Below, piece after piece: positions 12,791 through 27,060 of a DNA stretch of 64,000 bases (positions within the stretch are counted from its first letter, which is position 1; each line of letters begins with the position of its first letter). A program made the position numbers and the translations under genes. Source of the DNA: Eledone cirrhosa (lineage: Eukaryota); assembly GCA_964016885.1 (NCBI GenBank), contig OZ024743.1, positions 342,612,001 to 342,676,000 on the forward strand. Direction: 5' to 3'. The notes under the pieces are model-generated. The model saw only the letters and a list, made by a program, of their open reading frames with translations, did not search any database and was not told where the DNA came from.

Positions 12791-12831
12791 CGATATACTA
12801 GTTTCAAGCTTATTAGCTATCGTCAGCATCG
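12791..12831 (-). ncRNA. Minimal hammerhead ribozyme (family B, copy 1)
   Basis: Minus: CGATG-CTGACGA-tAGCTaataAGCTt-GAAA-CTAG-TA-TATCG. Stem III is the palindrome ACTAGT. Confidence 0.8.
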
Positions 12832-13230
12832 TATACCTTTCTCTCAGATGGTTGAACGTCTGAAAGTATATACTTTCCACATGCATATTAAGGGCTGAGC
12901 AGCCTAATTTGCGTATCGAGTGAGTTAGTCGGCCGGGCGCACCGAAAACGATAAATGGAAAAGAATGAAACTAAATTTCATTTCTCACTCTTAGTACGGC
13001 TGGTACTTAAATGTAAGCATGTATGTATACGTACATACATATATGTATACAGACGTACAATAGTATGTATATATATACATACATGCACACATATATATAT
13101 ATATATGTACTTATGGGTTTACCGAACATTTATTATAATGCTCGGTTTGTTTGTAAACAAACAGCCCGGATTACGCCGTACAGTGTTCAGGCAACCATCG
13201 TCACCTTTTTGTTCAACACTGACACAGGAA

Positions 13231-13271
13231 CAATGTACTAGTTTCAAGCTTATTAGCTATCGTCAGCATCG
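13231..13271 (-). ncRNA. Minimal hammerhead ribozyme (family B, copy 2)
   Basis: Minus: CGATG-CTGACGA-tAGCTaataAGCTt-GAAA-CTAG-TA-CATTG. Confidence 0.8.
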
Positions 13272-13502
13272 TATACCTTTCTGTCAGAAGGTTGAACGTC
13301 TGAAAGTATATACTTTCCTTATGCAGATTAACGGCTGGGCAGCCTAATTTGCATATCGAGTGAGTTAGTCGGCCGGGCGCACCGCAAACGATAAATGGAA
13401 AAGAATGAAACTAAATTTCATTTCTCACTCTTAGTACGACTGGTACTTAAATGTAAGCATGTATGTATATGTACATACATATATGTATACAGACGTACAG
13501 TA

Positions 13503-15233
13503 GTAATCTCTTTAGAATATTTATTCGTTCATAAATACATAGTCCACACGACGGATTGCCCCTTGCGTATGGCTTGGACTTAGTGATGGCTTTCCATTGA
13601 ATGGAGTAGTCTATACTTGAGTCCTTGAGGGACAATACGTGGCTAGCGAGTTTCGTGGATGAACGTCTGTCCGGGTACCTAAAGGTTGACTGGTGGTTCA
13701 GGAAGCGTTCCTTAAATCGGCCCTCCGCCATACTCACATAGGATTTGACCTCCTGTGGTTGATTTGGTCGGTTGGAAATGACCACAACTTCATAAACTAC
13801 AGCAGGTGTGTTGCATTGCTGTTGAAGGGGACAAGCTTCGGGCTTATGGCAAGAGCACCCTGGTGGGGTGTTGCTCCATACGGGAATATGCCGCGACGAT
13901 GGACTGACCTTATCGAGCCATAAAAGTGGTCACACCTCGACCGGTTTAAAAAAGACTTAGATTCTACCTTCAATGAGTAGGATAACAGTAGATAGCAACC
14001 TTTCTAGCGTAGATTTCTTAGTGATTAATTTAGACCTTCGCACACAAACACACCAACAGACCCTTACATAAGCTTAACGAAAAACTCAATTACATTCACA
14101 AGGACTCATGCCACCCTCCCACAGTTTATAGAAACTTCGTAAATAATATTAGTACTAGAATCTCAAACCGCTCCTCTAATAAAGCTATCTTTGACAGAGC
14201 GGCACCCTACTATAACACGGCGTAAACTCACGTCGGCTTCTTGCAACCTATCACTTACTCTCCCAACAACAAGAGCAATAAGCAAACAAAGCGTAACAAT
14301 AGACAAACTATCTGGTTCTCTCCTCAACATTAAAACCAATGTAGGCAAAAGATTTCTAGCCCTCTTAGATAGACACGTTCCCATAGGTCATAAATACCGC
14401 TCCATATTTATCCGACACAAAGTAAAACTAGGATACTCCTGCGCTAAGAACGAGAAGGCCCACATCACCAACAGCCCTAAGAGCAACACCCTACCGTAAG
14501 CTCGAAGTTTGTCCCCTTCAACAGCAATGGAACACACCTGCTGTAGTTTATGAAGCTGTGGTCACTTCCAACCGACCAAATCAACCACAGGAGGTCAAAT
14601 CCTATGTGGGTATGGCGGAGGGCTGATTTAAGGAACGCTTCCTGAACCACCAGTCGACCTTTAGGTACACGGACAGACGTTCATTCACGAAACTCGCTAG
14701 CCACGTATCGTCCCTCAACGACTCATGTATAGACTACTCTATCAATGGAAAGCCATCACTAAGTCCAAGCCATACGCAAGGGGCAATCCGTCGTGTGGAC
14801 TATGTATTGATGAACGAATAAATATTCTAAAGAGATTACGCAATAGCGATTGCCTAAACTGAAGAAATGAATTCTTCATACGTTGTCCACACGTCTGGAA
14901 ACACCTCTTACATAACTACAAAGCTCCGGATTGAATTACAACAACATCCTAATTTTCTTATCACTAGAACTTTCGGACTTTCGCAGTTATCTCCCTTACA
15001 CCTCTCGCATGCAATTTAGAATTGCCTGCGTGAAGTGACCGTTTCTGCGTATGCGCGTTCCTACGGTTGTCCTTCCTGCTCCGTATAACCATGTCCATTA
15101 CGAGCTGAGGATCCGCTAAGGTGAAACAATTGTTCTCGGTATGGTGAACTAACTGTTGTGTAACCACTTCTACCTAACTCGTCCCATGGACTGAGTGCTT
15201 TACCACTACGGATATTACCTTCCAGTGTTCTAC

Positions 15234-15235
<2 letters not shown>
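13503..15235 (+). mobile_element. Truncated Penelope-like element (Neptune-type RT thumb + GIY-YIG) with inverted duplication of the endonuclease region
   Basis: The plus strand from about 13930 to 14933 gives VDFL..LDL..KLNYIHKDSCHPP..ISTRIS, EVKSYVGMAEG.FKERFLNHQSTF, CGLCIDERINIL. 13503-13830 is an inverted copy of about 14510-14840. HHR in the 3' UTR. Confidence 0.85.
15101..15138 (+). ncRNA. Minimal hammerhead ribozyme (family C)
   Basis: CGAG-CTGAGGA-tCCgctaaGGt-GAAA-CAATTG-TT-CTCG. Palindromic ACAATTGT. Lies downstream of the PLE ORF on the same strand. Confidence 0.75.
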
Positions 15236-15282
<47 letters not shown>

Positions 15283-15286
<4 letters not shown>

Positions 15287-15938
15287 TATTCAGCCTGGGT
15301 TAGGAAACGTTCAAGGAAACCAGCTGGATTTGCCCCAAACAATGTCAGATTTTCCCTTGATGTGATCAGCCTGGTAAGCTTTTGATCAGGAGTCAGAAGA
15401 CGTGGCACCCACCGAGCAGACCTTCATCATGCCAAATCCCTTGTGCAGAATATTATCAACTCTCTCATAGAATATGCAATATAATATTTGATTTATAGGC
15501 TCAATTGCCTGTCATCCCTCACCATGTGGTGAACACAAACAATTCTTTCCTTGGTACTGGCTGTTGCAAGACGACCAGACTTGGGTCTTCTTCAAAACTC
15601 TCTCTTGCTCTCTCGAATAGAGCTGCCCAATTTTCCATTGTTGATAAAGCTGAAATACCATCTCCTAACATAGCAACCATGTCAGCATGAATATCCTTTG
15701 GGGGCTAAACCCTTTTTCTGCTGGTAGTTGATAACACCACGATGCCAATTTTGTCCATTTTCAAGAGACGCCGCTACACGTTCCATTTGAAGTATTCTTT
15801 GAACAGTCAGATGTTAGTTTACCTGAACGAAACAACACAGTTATTAATAAGAGTTGAAATTAATGCATGCAAGATTTCACAGCCCTAGCATCATTTATGT
15901 ATAGTCATCATATGACCTTTTCAGCCCACCCTCGTGTA
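15283..15938 (-). mobile_element. Mariner transposon left-end fragment (TIR plus degraded transposase N-half)
   Basis: TIR TACACGAGGGTGGGCTGAAAAGG at 15916-15938. Minus peptides PKDIHADMV..LGD and WVPRLLTPDQKLTRLITSRENLTLF...FLERFLTQ (mariner WVPxxL motif). Confidence 0.85.
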
Positions 15939-16537
15939 CATATATATATATATATATATATCTCCTTTCCATTCTCCTTCTCTTTATGTCTCCTCTACCT
16001 CTCTCTATGTCTCTCTTTCAATCTACTCTCTCACAACAACTATCTCTTTCTCTCTATCTTCAGAGTTTTAGCAATCACAGAGTTTTAGTAGTATATAGAT
16101 TCTCTTTTCCTTAACAGATATTGTCTAAGCAATGAACATGATTACCTTTAGCGGGTATACACTCGCTACAAATGATATACTTACCGAGATGAAACTAGAG
16201 AACAGACTAATACATGATACGTTCAATAACTGTTAAAGAACATACCAATGTTGCCCTCGGCCTGATTTTAATTTAGAGGAAAGCGGCTCTTAACCAGTAT
16301 CTTAAACAACTTTAACAGTTTTAACAACAGCGTTGCCAAAATTGGTTTTGGATACACGTTTAAAGCTATGCGTATATATGTGGTGGTATGTTGTTTTGTT
16401 TATGTACATATGTATTCAAGCAACTATGTATTTGTGTATGTATATTTATGTATGCATGTTCGTACATATGTATATATTTCTGTATGGGTGTGCAGACATT
16501 TGCATGCTATTTAACACATATACAAGCTATTTAACAA

Positions 16538-16598
<61 letters not shown>

Positions 16599-16806
16599 AA
16601 ACCAATTATACATATATATATATATATAATATATATATATATATATGTGTGTGTGTCTGTCTCTGTGTGTGTGACTGTATAAAATAGATACATATGCACG
16701 TACATATTCATTTACACAGTTTTGATAATCTGAATTGAAATGTGTGGTGTAACCACATAAGCATATATATATATACACACACACACAGACACACACGCAC
16801 ACACAA

Positions 16807-16885
<79 letters not shown>

Positions 16886-17228
16886 TACGCTACAAGTTTC
16901 AATTCTGATTCATCAGAACTGTGTCGTTGAATAATATCTACGAGCATATGTGTATAGATATGTAGGCAGGAATTTCATTATATTCTACTGAGACTAGGTT
17001 TTCTTCTATTTCTCTCAATTTTCTTTTCGTTATCTCTCCATTTCAATATCTCCTGTGTCATATCAAATGATATAGATATTATTTTTTTGTCGCCTATTTT
17101 CTCACATTGCCCTTTCACATTCTAATTTATTTTCAATTCTTCAACGCTTGCTCTTCAATATAATCCAACCTTGTTAGCACCTCAAACTAACTTTCATCCC
17201 TCTCTCAACAGCTTTGCTTTAACATATG

Positions 17229-17296
<68 letters not shown>

Positions 17297-17548
17297 TTCC
17301 CCTCCCCCCTCCTTGTTACTTACCACACATATTTTCCCTTCTCCACTCTTATATTATTTTGCACGCTTCCTTTTTGTTTTATTTCTTCTCATATTACTAT
17401 TTTCGGGGGGGGGGGGGGGGGGAGGTTATATATCCCCTACCGGTTTCAAACATATCTATTTATCTGTTTCTATATCTATTTTAATACACACACGCGCGCA
17501 CACAAACACACACACACGCATATATATATATTTATTTAAATATACATT

Positions 17549-17634
<86 letters not shown>

Positions 17635-17868
17635 AACGATTTATGTAATATCAGCATTTTTTAGTGTTATTATATATATATATCAAGTAAGAATATTTTC
17701 GAAACAGCGAGCGGGTCTGAAATTATTATAAATGTAAGCTATCGCCGTATTTTGACTAAAGAAATTAAAGAAATTATTTAGCCTGATAGTGGAGTTAAGA
17801 ACCCTGGGAGAAATGGAAAAAGATGAGTATTGACGTACATGTTCTTAACCCCACTATCAGGTTAAATA

Positions 17869-18011
<143 letters not shown>

Positions 18012-18057
18012 GTTGCGTTATTTTGTGTGATGTAAAAATGTCACATGCACGTTTGTT

Positions 18058-18089
<32 letters not shown>

Positions 18090-18096
<7 letters not shown>

Positions 18097-18189
18097 ACAG
18101 AAGCTTACACATATTTGTACACCTATATACACCGGCACGTACACATGAGATTGAATGTGACCAATTAAAACATGCAAGCTATGGCTAAA

Positions 18190-18257
<68 letters not shown>

Positions 18258-18354
18258 GCCTCAGCTTGCATTTTTTAATTGCTCACATTCAACCTCATGT
18301 GTACGTGCCGGTGTATATAGGTGTACAAATATGTGTAAGCTTGTGTGACTTTAT
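18090..18354. repeat. ~100-bp inverted repeat centred on (CT)n(AT)n(AG)n
   Basis: 18090-18190 is the reverse complement of 18253-18354. Confidence 0.9.
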
Positions 18355-18673
18355 TTACATAGGAAATGAAGAAATGATTAGCTGAGTATGTCTCCGTTAT
18401 GTATGCGATTGTACGTGTCTATATATAAATACTAAGCGGTGCATCTTCATATGGTGTATCGTTTATTGTTTATTGTCGTTAGTATTGAGGTCGTTAGTTT
18501 GATTCCCGGCCTGTGTACTCCAGCACGTAAACATTATATTTATGTGTGTGTGTGTGCGTGTGTGTGAGTATGTGAGTATGTGAGTATGTGTGCGTGTGTG
18601 TGTGTGTAAGTATGCACAGCTGTGCTAGGACGAGAAATAAAATTATAATTTTATTTATATATATATATATGTA

Positions 18674-18776
18674 CAGGGTCTTTCAAGAAAATGTATACAC
18701 ACTTTGATTACCTGTACAGACAATATTTATTAGAATGTTGTTGAAGTATGTATACATTTTTGAAGGCGGCACCCTG
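18674..18776. mobile_element. Tc1/mariner-type MITE
   Basis: TA|CAGGGT..AAAATGTATACACACTT ... AAGTATGTATACATTTT..ACCCTG|TA. Confidence 0.7.
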
Positions 18777-18946
18777 TATGTGTGTGTGTGTGTGTGTGTT
18801 TATCTGTGTGTCAGTATGTAAATATGCGGGGGGGGGTTTCTAAGTAGAAATGTGGTAGTGACTTCGACGTTTAGCTTAATCACTTCATTTGAATGTTTCA
18901 AATACTATGTTAGTTTAAACACATGTTGTAATACATTTATATATAC

Positions 18947-19010
<64 letters not shown>

Positions 19011-20491
19011 ATGCGCGCGTAAACAATAGACAGGTTATGGAGCGTGTAGTATGATTGAAATTTAAGAGAATATTATGCCTGTTGCAACACATATTAACTA
19101 TAATATAGTTCATAAAAAATCGAAGATATAATAACACTTTACGACGGAGAAAATTTGACAGAATTGCCTGTAGGAACTGAACAACGACACTGTTTCAATT
19201 ACCACAAGCGATTCTATTAACCTTTTTCAAGGGTTTATATCCCCGATTTTATTAAAATATATTGTAGTAAAAATGTGTTGTAGTAGCCCATAAAATATAA
19301 CAGAATATACTCATAAATTTCAATCTTTCTTCACACTCGTTAATCCATTCGACGCTTACATTCTAACATATTTGCTGAAGGTTATGAGATTTAAATGTAA
19401 TCTTAGCTAATAGAAGAACTGGCAAGATTTTCATTTGTTTATTGGTAACAAGACCTTCTAGAATACGGCAGTGGGATTGTGCAATTCCGGCAGGCGGCAC
19501 TGTTTACTTTCTTCCATCACAATGGGTTGTCCTCGATTTTATCAACTATAACGTAGTAGCCTTTGCAAGAAGTAAAACATTATAATATATCTCATGTGTG
19601 TGTGTATGTGTGTGTGTGTCTGTAAAATGTAAACAAAAAATAGCAAAGTAAACGACACAGTACATTGAAGATATATATATATATTTTGGCGTCTTGTTAA
19701 ATGTAAACAAACGCTTTTACTCTGAATTGTTGATCGGTATGGTGAGACAATATGTTGAGGTATTTGCTTATAAATTATTAATTTTGATAAGTACCGATAA
19801 GTGACGAAACGATTGTAAATCAATATTTAATGTAAAACCGTATCTGGTAATACTTTTGTGAATAATTTGCTTCTTGTGTAATTATTATTTTTAACACAAT
19901 AGGACTCTGTACACATGCTTGTTTGAAACATCTTTTGTACTGGTTATTATAAAAGATGACCGTATTTTGAGCTGTTTTAAATTCTCCACCTACTTCTTTC
20001 CGGTTTTTATATTGTTTTTTTTTTTTTGCAAAAAACGATATGGTATACGTATGGTACCAGAAAAAAACAGGAAGAACTAGGAGGAAATGGTCAGAAGGAG
20101 TAATTTATTGAATGTTCACTCTTTACCATGTGTTTCTGGACAATTACATAATGGTCTCCATGTGCTGACTGCATAGTCCAATGCTCATTCGTATGCATTA
20201 CGTTTTAATTATTCCCCTTCATCAGAAAGAAGTTATCAGGGAGGAATAAAAAAAATCTATTATACTCCGAGGTGAAGGTACCGCATTTCTGCAATAAGCA
20301 TTATTTACTGCTAAAGTATAAAATATTGGTACATGGAGAAATTCAGAATCAAAATATAACCTAAAAAATGATTGATTTGATCTATTCAAACGAAACTTAA
20401 ATTATCTTCTTGTATATATTTATATATATATACATATGTATATATACATATATATATATACATATATATATATATACATATATATATATAC

Positions 20492-20601
<110 letters not shown>

Positions 20602-21746
20602 TATATAAACCTTACCCAAGGTTTCACGAAGTCAGACGATACTAACAGAGGCGTCTGAAGTCGTTCATCAGATAGAAATCTTTAATATCCATATAAAATA
20701 GTAATGGAATAATTATATTGTGTTGTTTATTACATAATTAAATAGCTCTGTACTATACATAGAGCACTCTTCTTTCCTTTACCTTTTCCACAGTAATATT
20801 TAATATATAATATATGTGTGCGTGTGTGGGGGGGGGGGGAGTGTGTTGTGTGTTTATACATATATAATTATATAAAACTGACTAAGGTTTTCATGGCCGC
20901 GAGCTCTACAGCACTGATAAAGCTTAAATTGAAATAGACTACATGCTTTAACTGTCAACGCTTAGAGTCAATGAGAAAATAGCATTATATCAACCGACTC
21001 ACATCATTATGTCAACATTTGATGACGTCACACTCATGCAGGTGGCTATTTTAATGATTGCATAACAGCTCCACTCTGGTGTCACAGAAGTAAGATTATG
21101 TAACATCTGTCTTAACGTTTATACATATATAATTATATACATATGCGTATGTGTGTGTTCGTGAGAGGGTGCGTAACTCAAAGTGCCAACCTTATCCCCC
21201 GTTAATTTTGCCATATGACTACCTTAATAGTACATGTGTCGCGGTATACTCAGCCTTTTGCTTCCTAAAAGATGATGTAAGGGAACCATGAAAGTTTTTC
21301 TTCGTTCTTAGCCAATGGGGACGTGGTGGAACAGAGAATACGAGCGGGAAGCGGGTGAGATAAAAACAGAAGAAAAGCGAGCAATATTTGTCAGCACAGA
21401 GCAGAAAGATGTATATATTTTTATATTTTTGTGGGGATGGGGCGAGCAATGATACCAATGAAAAGCTTCCATGCATTAAAGATAAAGTAAACATTTTTTT
21501 CCCTCCCAGAAAATGGCCTTTGTCCGAAATAACAAAAATTCATCTTCCAATCCCATAAGAATGTTTGCAGAAATTACAATTTTATCCAACGTATAACCGC
21601 CACGTAGCTCCTTGGATTATAGTATTGTAAATGCAAATATTATTCATGAGCATTGTGTACATGTATATATATGTATATATGTATATACAGACATATATAT
21701 ATATTTATGTATGCATATATATATATATATAGAGATGTATATATAT

Positions 21747-21801
<55 letters not shown>

Positions 21802-21802
21802 A

Positions 21803-22088
<286 letters not shown>

Positions 22089-22893
22089 GTATATATATAT
22101 ATATATGTGTGTGTGTGATTTTGTGTGTTGGTGTGTGTGTGTGTGTGTGTGTGCGATGGACACGATTCGACGTATGAAAGTCGAATGGTCTTCTCAGTTT
22201 ATTTTGATGTCCATGACTTAAATATCACTTCAGTCCAGCTGCTAATTTACACACCAAGCTGCATGCAGTGCATATGACAGGATTATGAGTGGAACAGGAT
22301 GAAAGATTTGATCGAATCTTGGTTTTAGATCTTAGGTCACGGCGATGGACCAGACGAGATTTTTCTCCATTTTCCATGATCAGTAGCTAGGGTTTCAGAA
22401 CAATTAGAGGTATACTCACAGATGTCGTATTGTACTTCAATTTTTCTTAATATCTAAGTAATTGTCTAACAGTATAACAATACATTAGGAGTGCGGGCCT
22501 CAGTCATCCGTAGGATATGACCAGCCCATCTAAGTTTGATATCTCCCATTCTGATGAGCTTGTTCTTGTATGGAACAGTGAAAACCATTGTGTGAAGCGG
22601 ATCATAGAATGTTTCGATATGCTGCTCAGATGAATAGAAAGTTGGGGCATAATCTCACTAGTGAAGCAGAGGTGTTGTTTGCTAGATCTAGAGATAGTCA
22701 TGATACAATCACTGACACATTTGGGAATGTTAGGGATTTATCAATGTTAGATCTAATAATAAAACCAGCACTAGAATAACGGTGGTCTTCTCCATTTTTT
22801 CCGGACCAAAAAACAAATGTGTATTATTCACCTGCCTCTCTCATTTGGGTTTGGGATGTGCCAGGGAGGTGGGTTTCACTGTATATATGTATA

Positions 22894-23266
22894 TCATTTT
22901 AATCAAAGGGTTCTCCGGGGGCACAAATCCCCCGCTGAAAGGTTTTTCCCTTCGATTTATATGAAATTTAAACCATAGGTAAATGACAAGATATAATTCC
23001 TATTCACAGAATTTCAGCAAATTTCAATAATATTAAGACACCCTAATGGGTGTTAAACCCCCTATAGTGAATATTTTGGAAGCCCATAACTTGAGTATTG
23101 GAACTTTGAATTTCTAATTTGAAAATAATGCTTTACACAAAAATGAATGAGTAATATTGAAATGCAGAGTTTTTCTCCATAAATTATATCACTGATTTAA
23201 AATCAATCATCATTTTCTTACAAAAAAAATATGTGAAACGCAGCAAGGCGCGGGTAATTCGGCTAG
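22894..23266 (+). mobile_element. Probable non-autonomous Helitron
   Basis: 3' end CGCAGCAAGGCGCGGG..CTAG|T resembles the terminus of the autonomous Helitron (CCCGAGCAACGCCGGG..CTAG|T). Candidate 5' A|TC at 22894. Confidence 0.6.
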
Positions 23267-23345
23267 TATGTATATATATATATATATATATATAGTAATG
23301 ATAATAAATTTGAAGACTAAAATCCAAATATAGAAAAGCTCAGGT

Positions 23346-23394
23346 GCTTCCTGATGATTTCTCACGAATGAAACAGTTCTAGTCCTGTAGAAGC
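23346..23394 (+). ncRNA. Minimal hammerhead ribozyme (family A, copy 2)
   Basis: GCTTC-CTGATGA-tTTCtcacGAAt-GAAA-CAGttctagtcCTG-TA-GAAGC. Stem I covaries with the 9411 copy. Confidence 0.85.
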
Positions 23395-23476
23395 TTTTCT
23401 ATATTAAAACATTTATACTCTGGTATGTATTGAGTACCTTACTTACTGTCGTTACCCCCGATTCAACCCGGAATAA

Positions 23477-23534
<58 letters not shown>

Positions 23535-23538
<4 letters not shown>

Positions 23539-23980
23539 TATGTATACGTACATACATATATGTATACAGACGTACAGTAGTATGTATATATATACATACA
23601 TGCACACATATATATATATGTACGTATGGATTTACCGAAAATATATTATAATGCTTGGTTTGTTTCTAAACAAACATCCCGATTTAATCGGTACAATGTT
23701 TAGCAACCATCGTTGCCGTTTTGTTCAACACTGACAAAGGAACAATGTACTAGTTTCAATCTTATTAGCTATCGTCAGCACCGTATACCTTCCTGCCAGA
23801 TGATTACGGCTGTACGGCTTAATTCGGGATGTTTGTTTACAAACAAACCGAGCATTATAATAAATGTTCAGTAAATCCATACGTACATATATATATATGT
23901 GTGCATGTATGTATATATATATATACATACTACTGTTAGTCTGTATACATATATGTATGTACGTATACATACTTTTATTT
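23535..23980 (-). mobile_element. PLE family B pLTR in foldback form, with HHR at 23743-23783
   Basis: 23535-23800 matches 46860-47130. About 23810-23975 is an inverted copy of its left part. Confidence 0.8.
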
Positions 23981-24231
23981 AAGTCTGAGGGACATGCGCC
24001 ATATCCACTGCAGAATAAGCTCAAAGATTCCAATGAATAGATCCGAGCATTTTATATCAACTAGAAATAGATTGACACATATATATATATAAAATAAACA
24101 TATGAAACAATCACAGGGAATAATTTGTAAAGTGTGTAAGCACACATAGCTAGGTAGGTAAATAATTAAAGCTTAACTAGAACTTCAAATATAGATACCT
24201 TTTAAAATGATTAATCTCCTTATATATATAT

Positions 24232-24945
24232 AAATTACACAATAATCAAAGTTATGTTCAAATCATTTTATTGCTCACAATCGTTTCTTCCCAACTTTCG
24301 TTTGGAATCATCGGAGCACTAGCAATGTTTGTACATATAGTTAACCTCCTATTCAACTGAAAAATCATGTAGATACATGGGTATTAATGCTGTCAACAAC
24401 AGTTTCGTATTTACAGAGTGGAATGGAAGCGACATATATTACAAGAGGATTGTACAATAATTAAAATTAAAAAGCACAGAGTGGAATGCACGCGACAGAT
24501 ATCACAAAGGAATAGTATAATAATTAAAGAGGCATTAATGAGAAAAGTTACTCGTAAAACGATGACATCAGCAGTACATATGCAAGCGTGTAGAGAGTGC
24601 AAAAACGTTAGGCGTATATAGGAAGGAGACAAGCAATGGTACTAGGCATATATAATTACTGTATGGCAAAGGTATCACATAAAAAATAACATAGGTTTAC
24701 AAGCATATCAGGCAGGCAAAAAGGTGTGTGTCATAATATTATGAGTTTATAGTGGATGTAGTGTGATAATTGTTTCTGTAATGTTCAAATGTGTATGTGT
24801 TGAGAGTATCGATGTTATTGCTATCTTTTCCATTACATTGGTTAAATTATATTTTAGTGAATTATATTCAAACAAAAGTTCGGAAGAAACGATTGTCAGC
24901 AATAAAATGATTTGAACATAACTTTGATTATTGTGTAATTTATAT
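24232..24945 (-). mobile_element. PLE-like repeat family D with inverted ends and an HHR motif (24272-24318)
   Basis: 24232-24450 is homologous to 61053-61280. 24870-24945 is an inverted copy of the left end. Minus: TGCT-CCGATGA-TTCCAAACgaaaGTTGGGAA-GAAA-CGATTG-TG-AGCA (TC in the right-end copy). Confidence 0.7.
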
Positions 24946-25089
24946 TCCTGTTCTGTAAAACATCTGATGTATTTACATTGAGTTATTTTTCTAACTAGTA
25001 ATAAGGTAGTAATAAATTACTGACCTTTCTTATTTATAGTTGTATATAGTGTATACATAACTCATAACTATAAATAGTATCATTATATA

Positions 25090-25233
25090 TGCTTTCTAGC
25101 ATAGTTACGTCCCTTTACAGTCTGAGTTCAAATCCCGCCGAGGTTTACTTTGCCTTTCATCCTTACGGGGTCGATAAAATAAAGTACCAATAATGCACTG
25201 GTTAATTGCTGGCCTTGTGCCAAAAGTAGAAAC

Positions 25234-25237
<4 letters not shown>
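25090..25237 (+). mobile_element. SINE family S1 copy
   Basis: GAGTTCAAATCCCGCCGAGG..CGGGGTCGATAAAATAAAGTACC..GGCCTTGTGCCAAAAGTAGAAACAATT. Confidence 0.85.
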
Positions 25238-25284
<47 letters not shown>

Positions 25285-25555
25285 TGTATATATATATATA
25301 TGTGTGTGTGTGCATGCGTGCGTGTGTGTGTGTATGCATGTATGTACATAATATGAATTAGCATATCAATTTTACATATTTCCTCTGTGCTTCGTATGAT
25401 TACAAAACGCCATTTGGTGGGGTTGTAGTAGATTTCGCCGCAACACACCATATTTATTAGCATGTTTAGTGATAACATTGTACAAGTATACACACACACA
25501 CACACACACACTAATATATATATATACACACACGCACACACATGTACACACACAC

Positions 25556-25696
<141 letters not shown>

Positions 25697-26949
25697 AGCG
25701 AAATACTATACACTTCTTTCCAAAAATACCGTAGAGTCAAAGACCAGATCAAATCCCGAAAATGAACCAGCAGGAATGAAACTGATTAGAAAATCATTGC
25801 AAAAAACTCTTATTTATGTATCTACCTATTTTGTCTCTCTTTCTCTCCACTCCCCCTGGCTATCTATTTTCATTTCTCTCGCTATCGCCTTTCCCTTGTT
25901 TGTAATACTGCTGGTGATGATACTTCCTCTCTCTTGTCGCCTACTGCTGCTGCTGTTTCTTCAGAATAATAGACAGTCTCTTTTCCTGTCGACCACGGCT
26001 TTATATAGACGTGCCCCACTGCTCTCTTGTTCCTCTATTCCAGCGTTAGAACAGCAGAAATTTAAGTTATGTTGCGTGGGCTAGACTTATTTACCAACAT
26101 AGTTTCTCCAACAAAAAGTTATGTTTGTCTAGAAGGAAGCTGATGATTCATATAATGCTAAAGTTATATATATATGTTATTTTTTTTTAGTCTACTTTCT
26201 CCATTATTTTGATCCTTTATCCTTATCCTCTACTCCATCGATCTCATTCCCACATTTCTCCTTTACTAGTCACTTTTCTCTATATATATATATATGTCCC
26301 TCTCATTTTTCATCTCATGCTTTAGACTCCCTATCACCCTTTCTCTCCCGCTCTCTGTTCAATATGTGGTTATATCTAAATCTGACCTTTTACTATACAT
26401 ATCGTATTCAGCTGTTTGCAGCTACCCTTTTCTCTGAGATTACTAGAATTTTATGGGGAAAAAAAAGAAAAAGCTATATATACATTTCTGAACCAGTGGC
26501 CAACCGGTTGACGGTATTTTGATGACGATTGTGCATCATTGCATAATAAATGCAGACAATAGATGCTGTACGCTCTCTTGCTGCATTAAGTGTGGCCGAA
26601 ACTCGAATATGGGTATAAATCTATGGTATCCATTTACGTGTGTTGTATTGAGGCAAATAACTTTGTGTCTACTCTGGGATTTTTACATAACCTTACCTAT
26701 TGAGTACGCTGAGATGCAACCAGTACTAGGAGGGAAACCATATGCAAGTCCCGTCAACTTCTTCTTCTTATATATATATATATTTCGTTTTTTGTATGCG
26801 TATATTACGATATGTGGTATTAAGCGCATGTATATCCATTTTCTGTATATCTCTCTGTCTATCTAACGAAGAAAGTGTGGTAAGGAACCAGGTGGACCAT
26901 AACGCACCAGAGTACTCGATACTTAGTGTAGTAGAGTGGGTAATAGGAA

Positions 26950-27060
26950 AAGAGTCAGGACCCCAACGGCTGAGCTCCAGTCGTTTCGACAGCTAGATTC
27001 GAACAGATCCGATCTAGTTGTCGAAACGGCCGGAGCTCAGCCGTCGGGTTCCTGACTCTT
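26950..27060. repeat. ~50-bp-arm hairpin (probable PLE pLTR foldback)
   Basis: AAGAGTCAGGACCCCAACGGCTGAGCTCC..TTTCGACAGCTAGAT pairs with ATCTAGTTGTCGAAACGGCCGGAGCTCAGCCGTCGGGTTCCTGACTCTT. Confidence 0.8.

Larger units (their letters stand above)
12688..13503 (-). mobile_element. Head-to-tail tandem of ~440-bp PLE pLTR-derived units (family B), retrozyme-like
   Basis: Direct repeat with period 440 (12791 vs 13231). Each unit carries an HHR. Homologous to the 3' UTR (46800-47130) of the PLE at 46798-49323. Confidence 0.85.
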
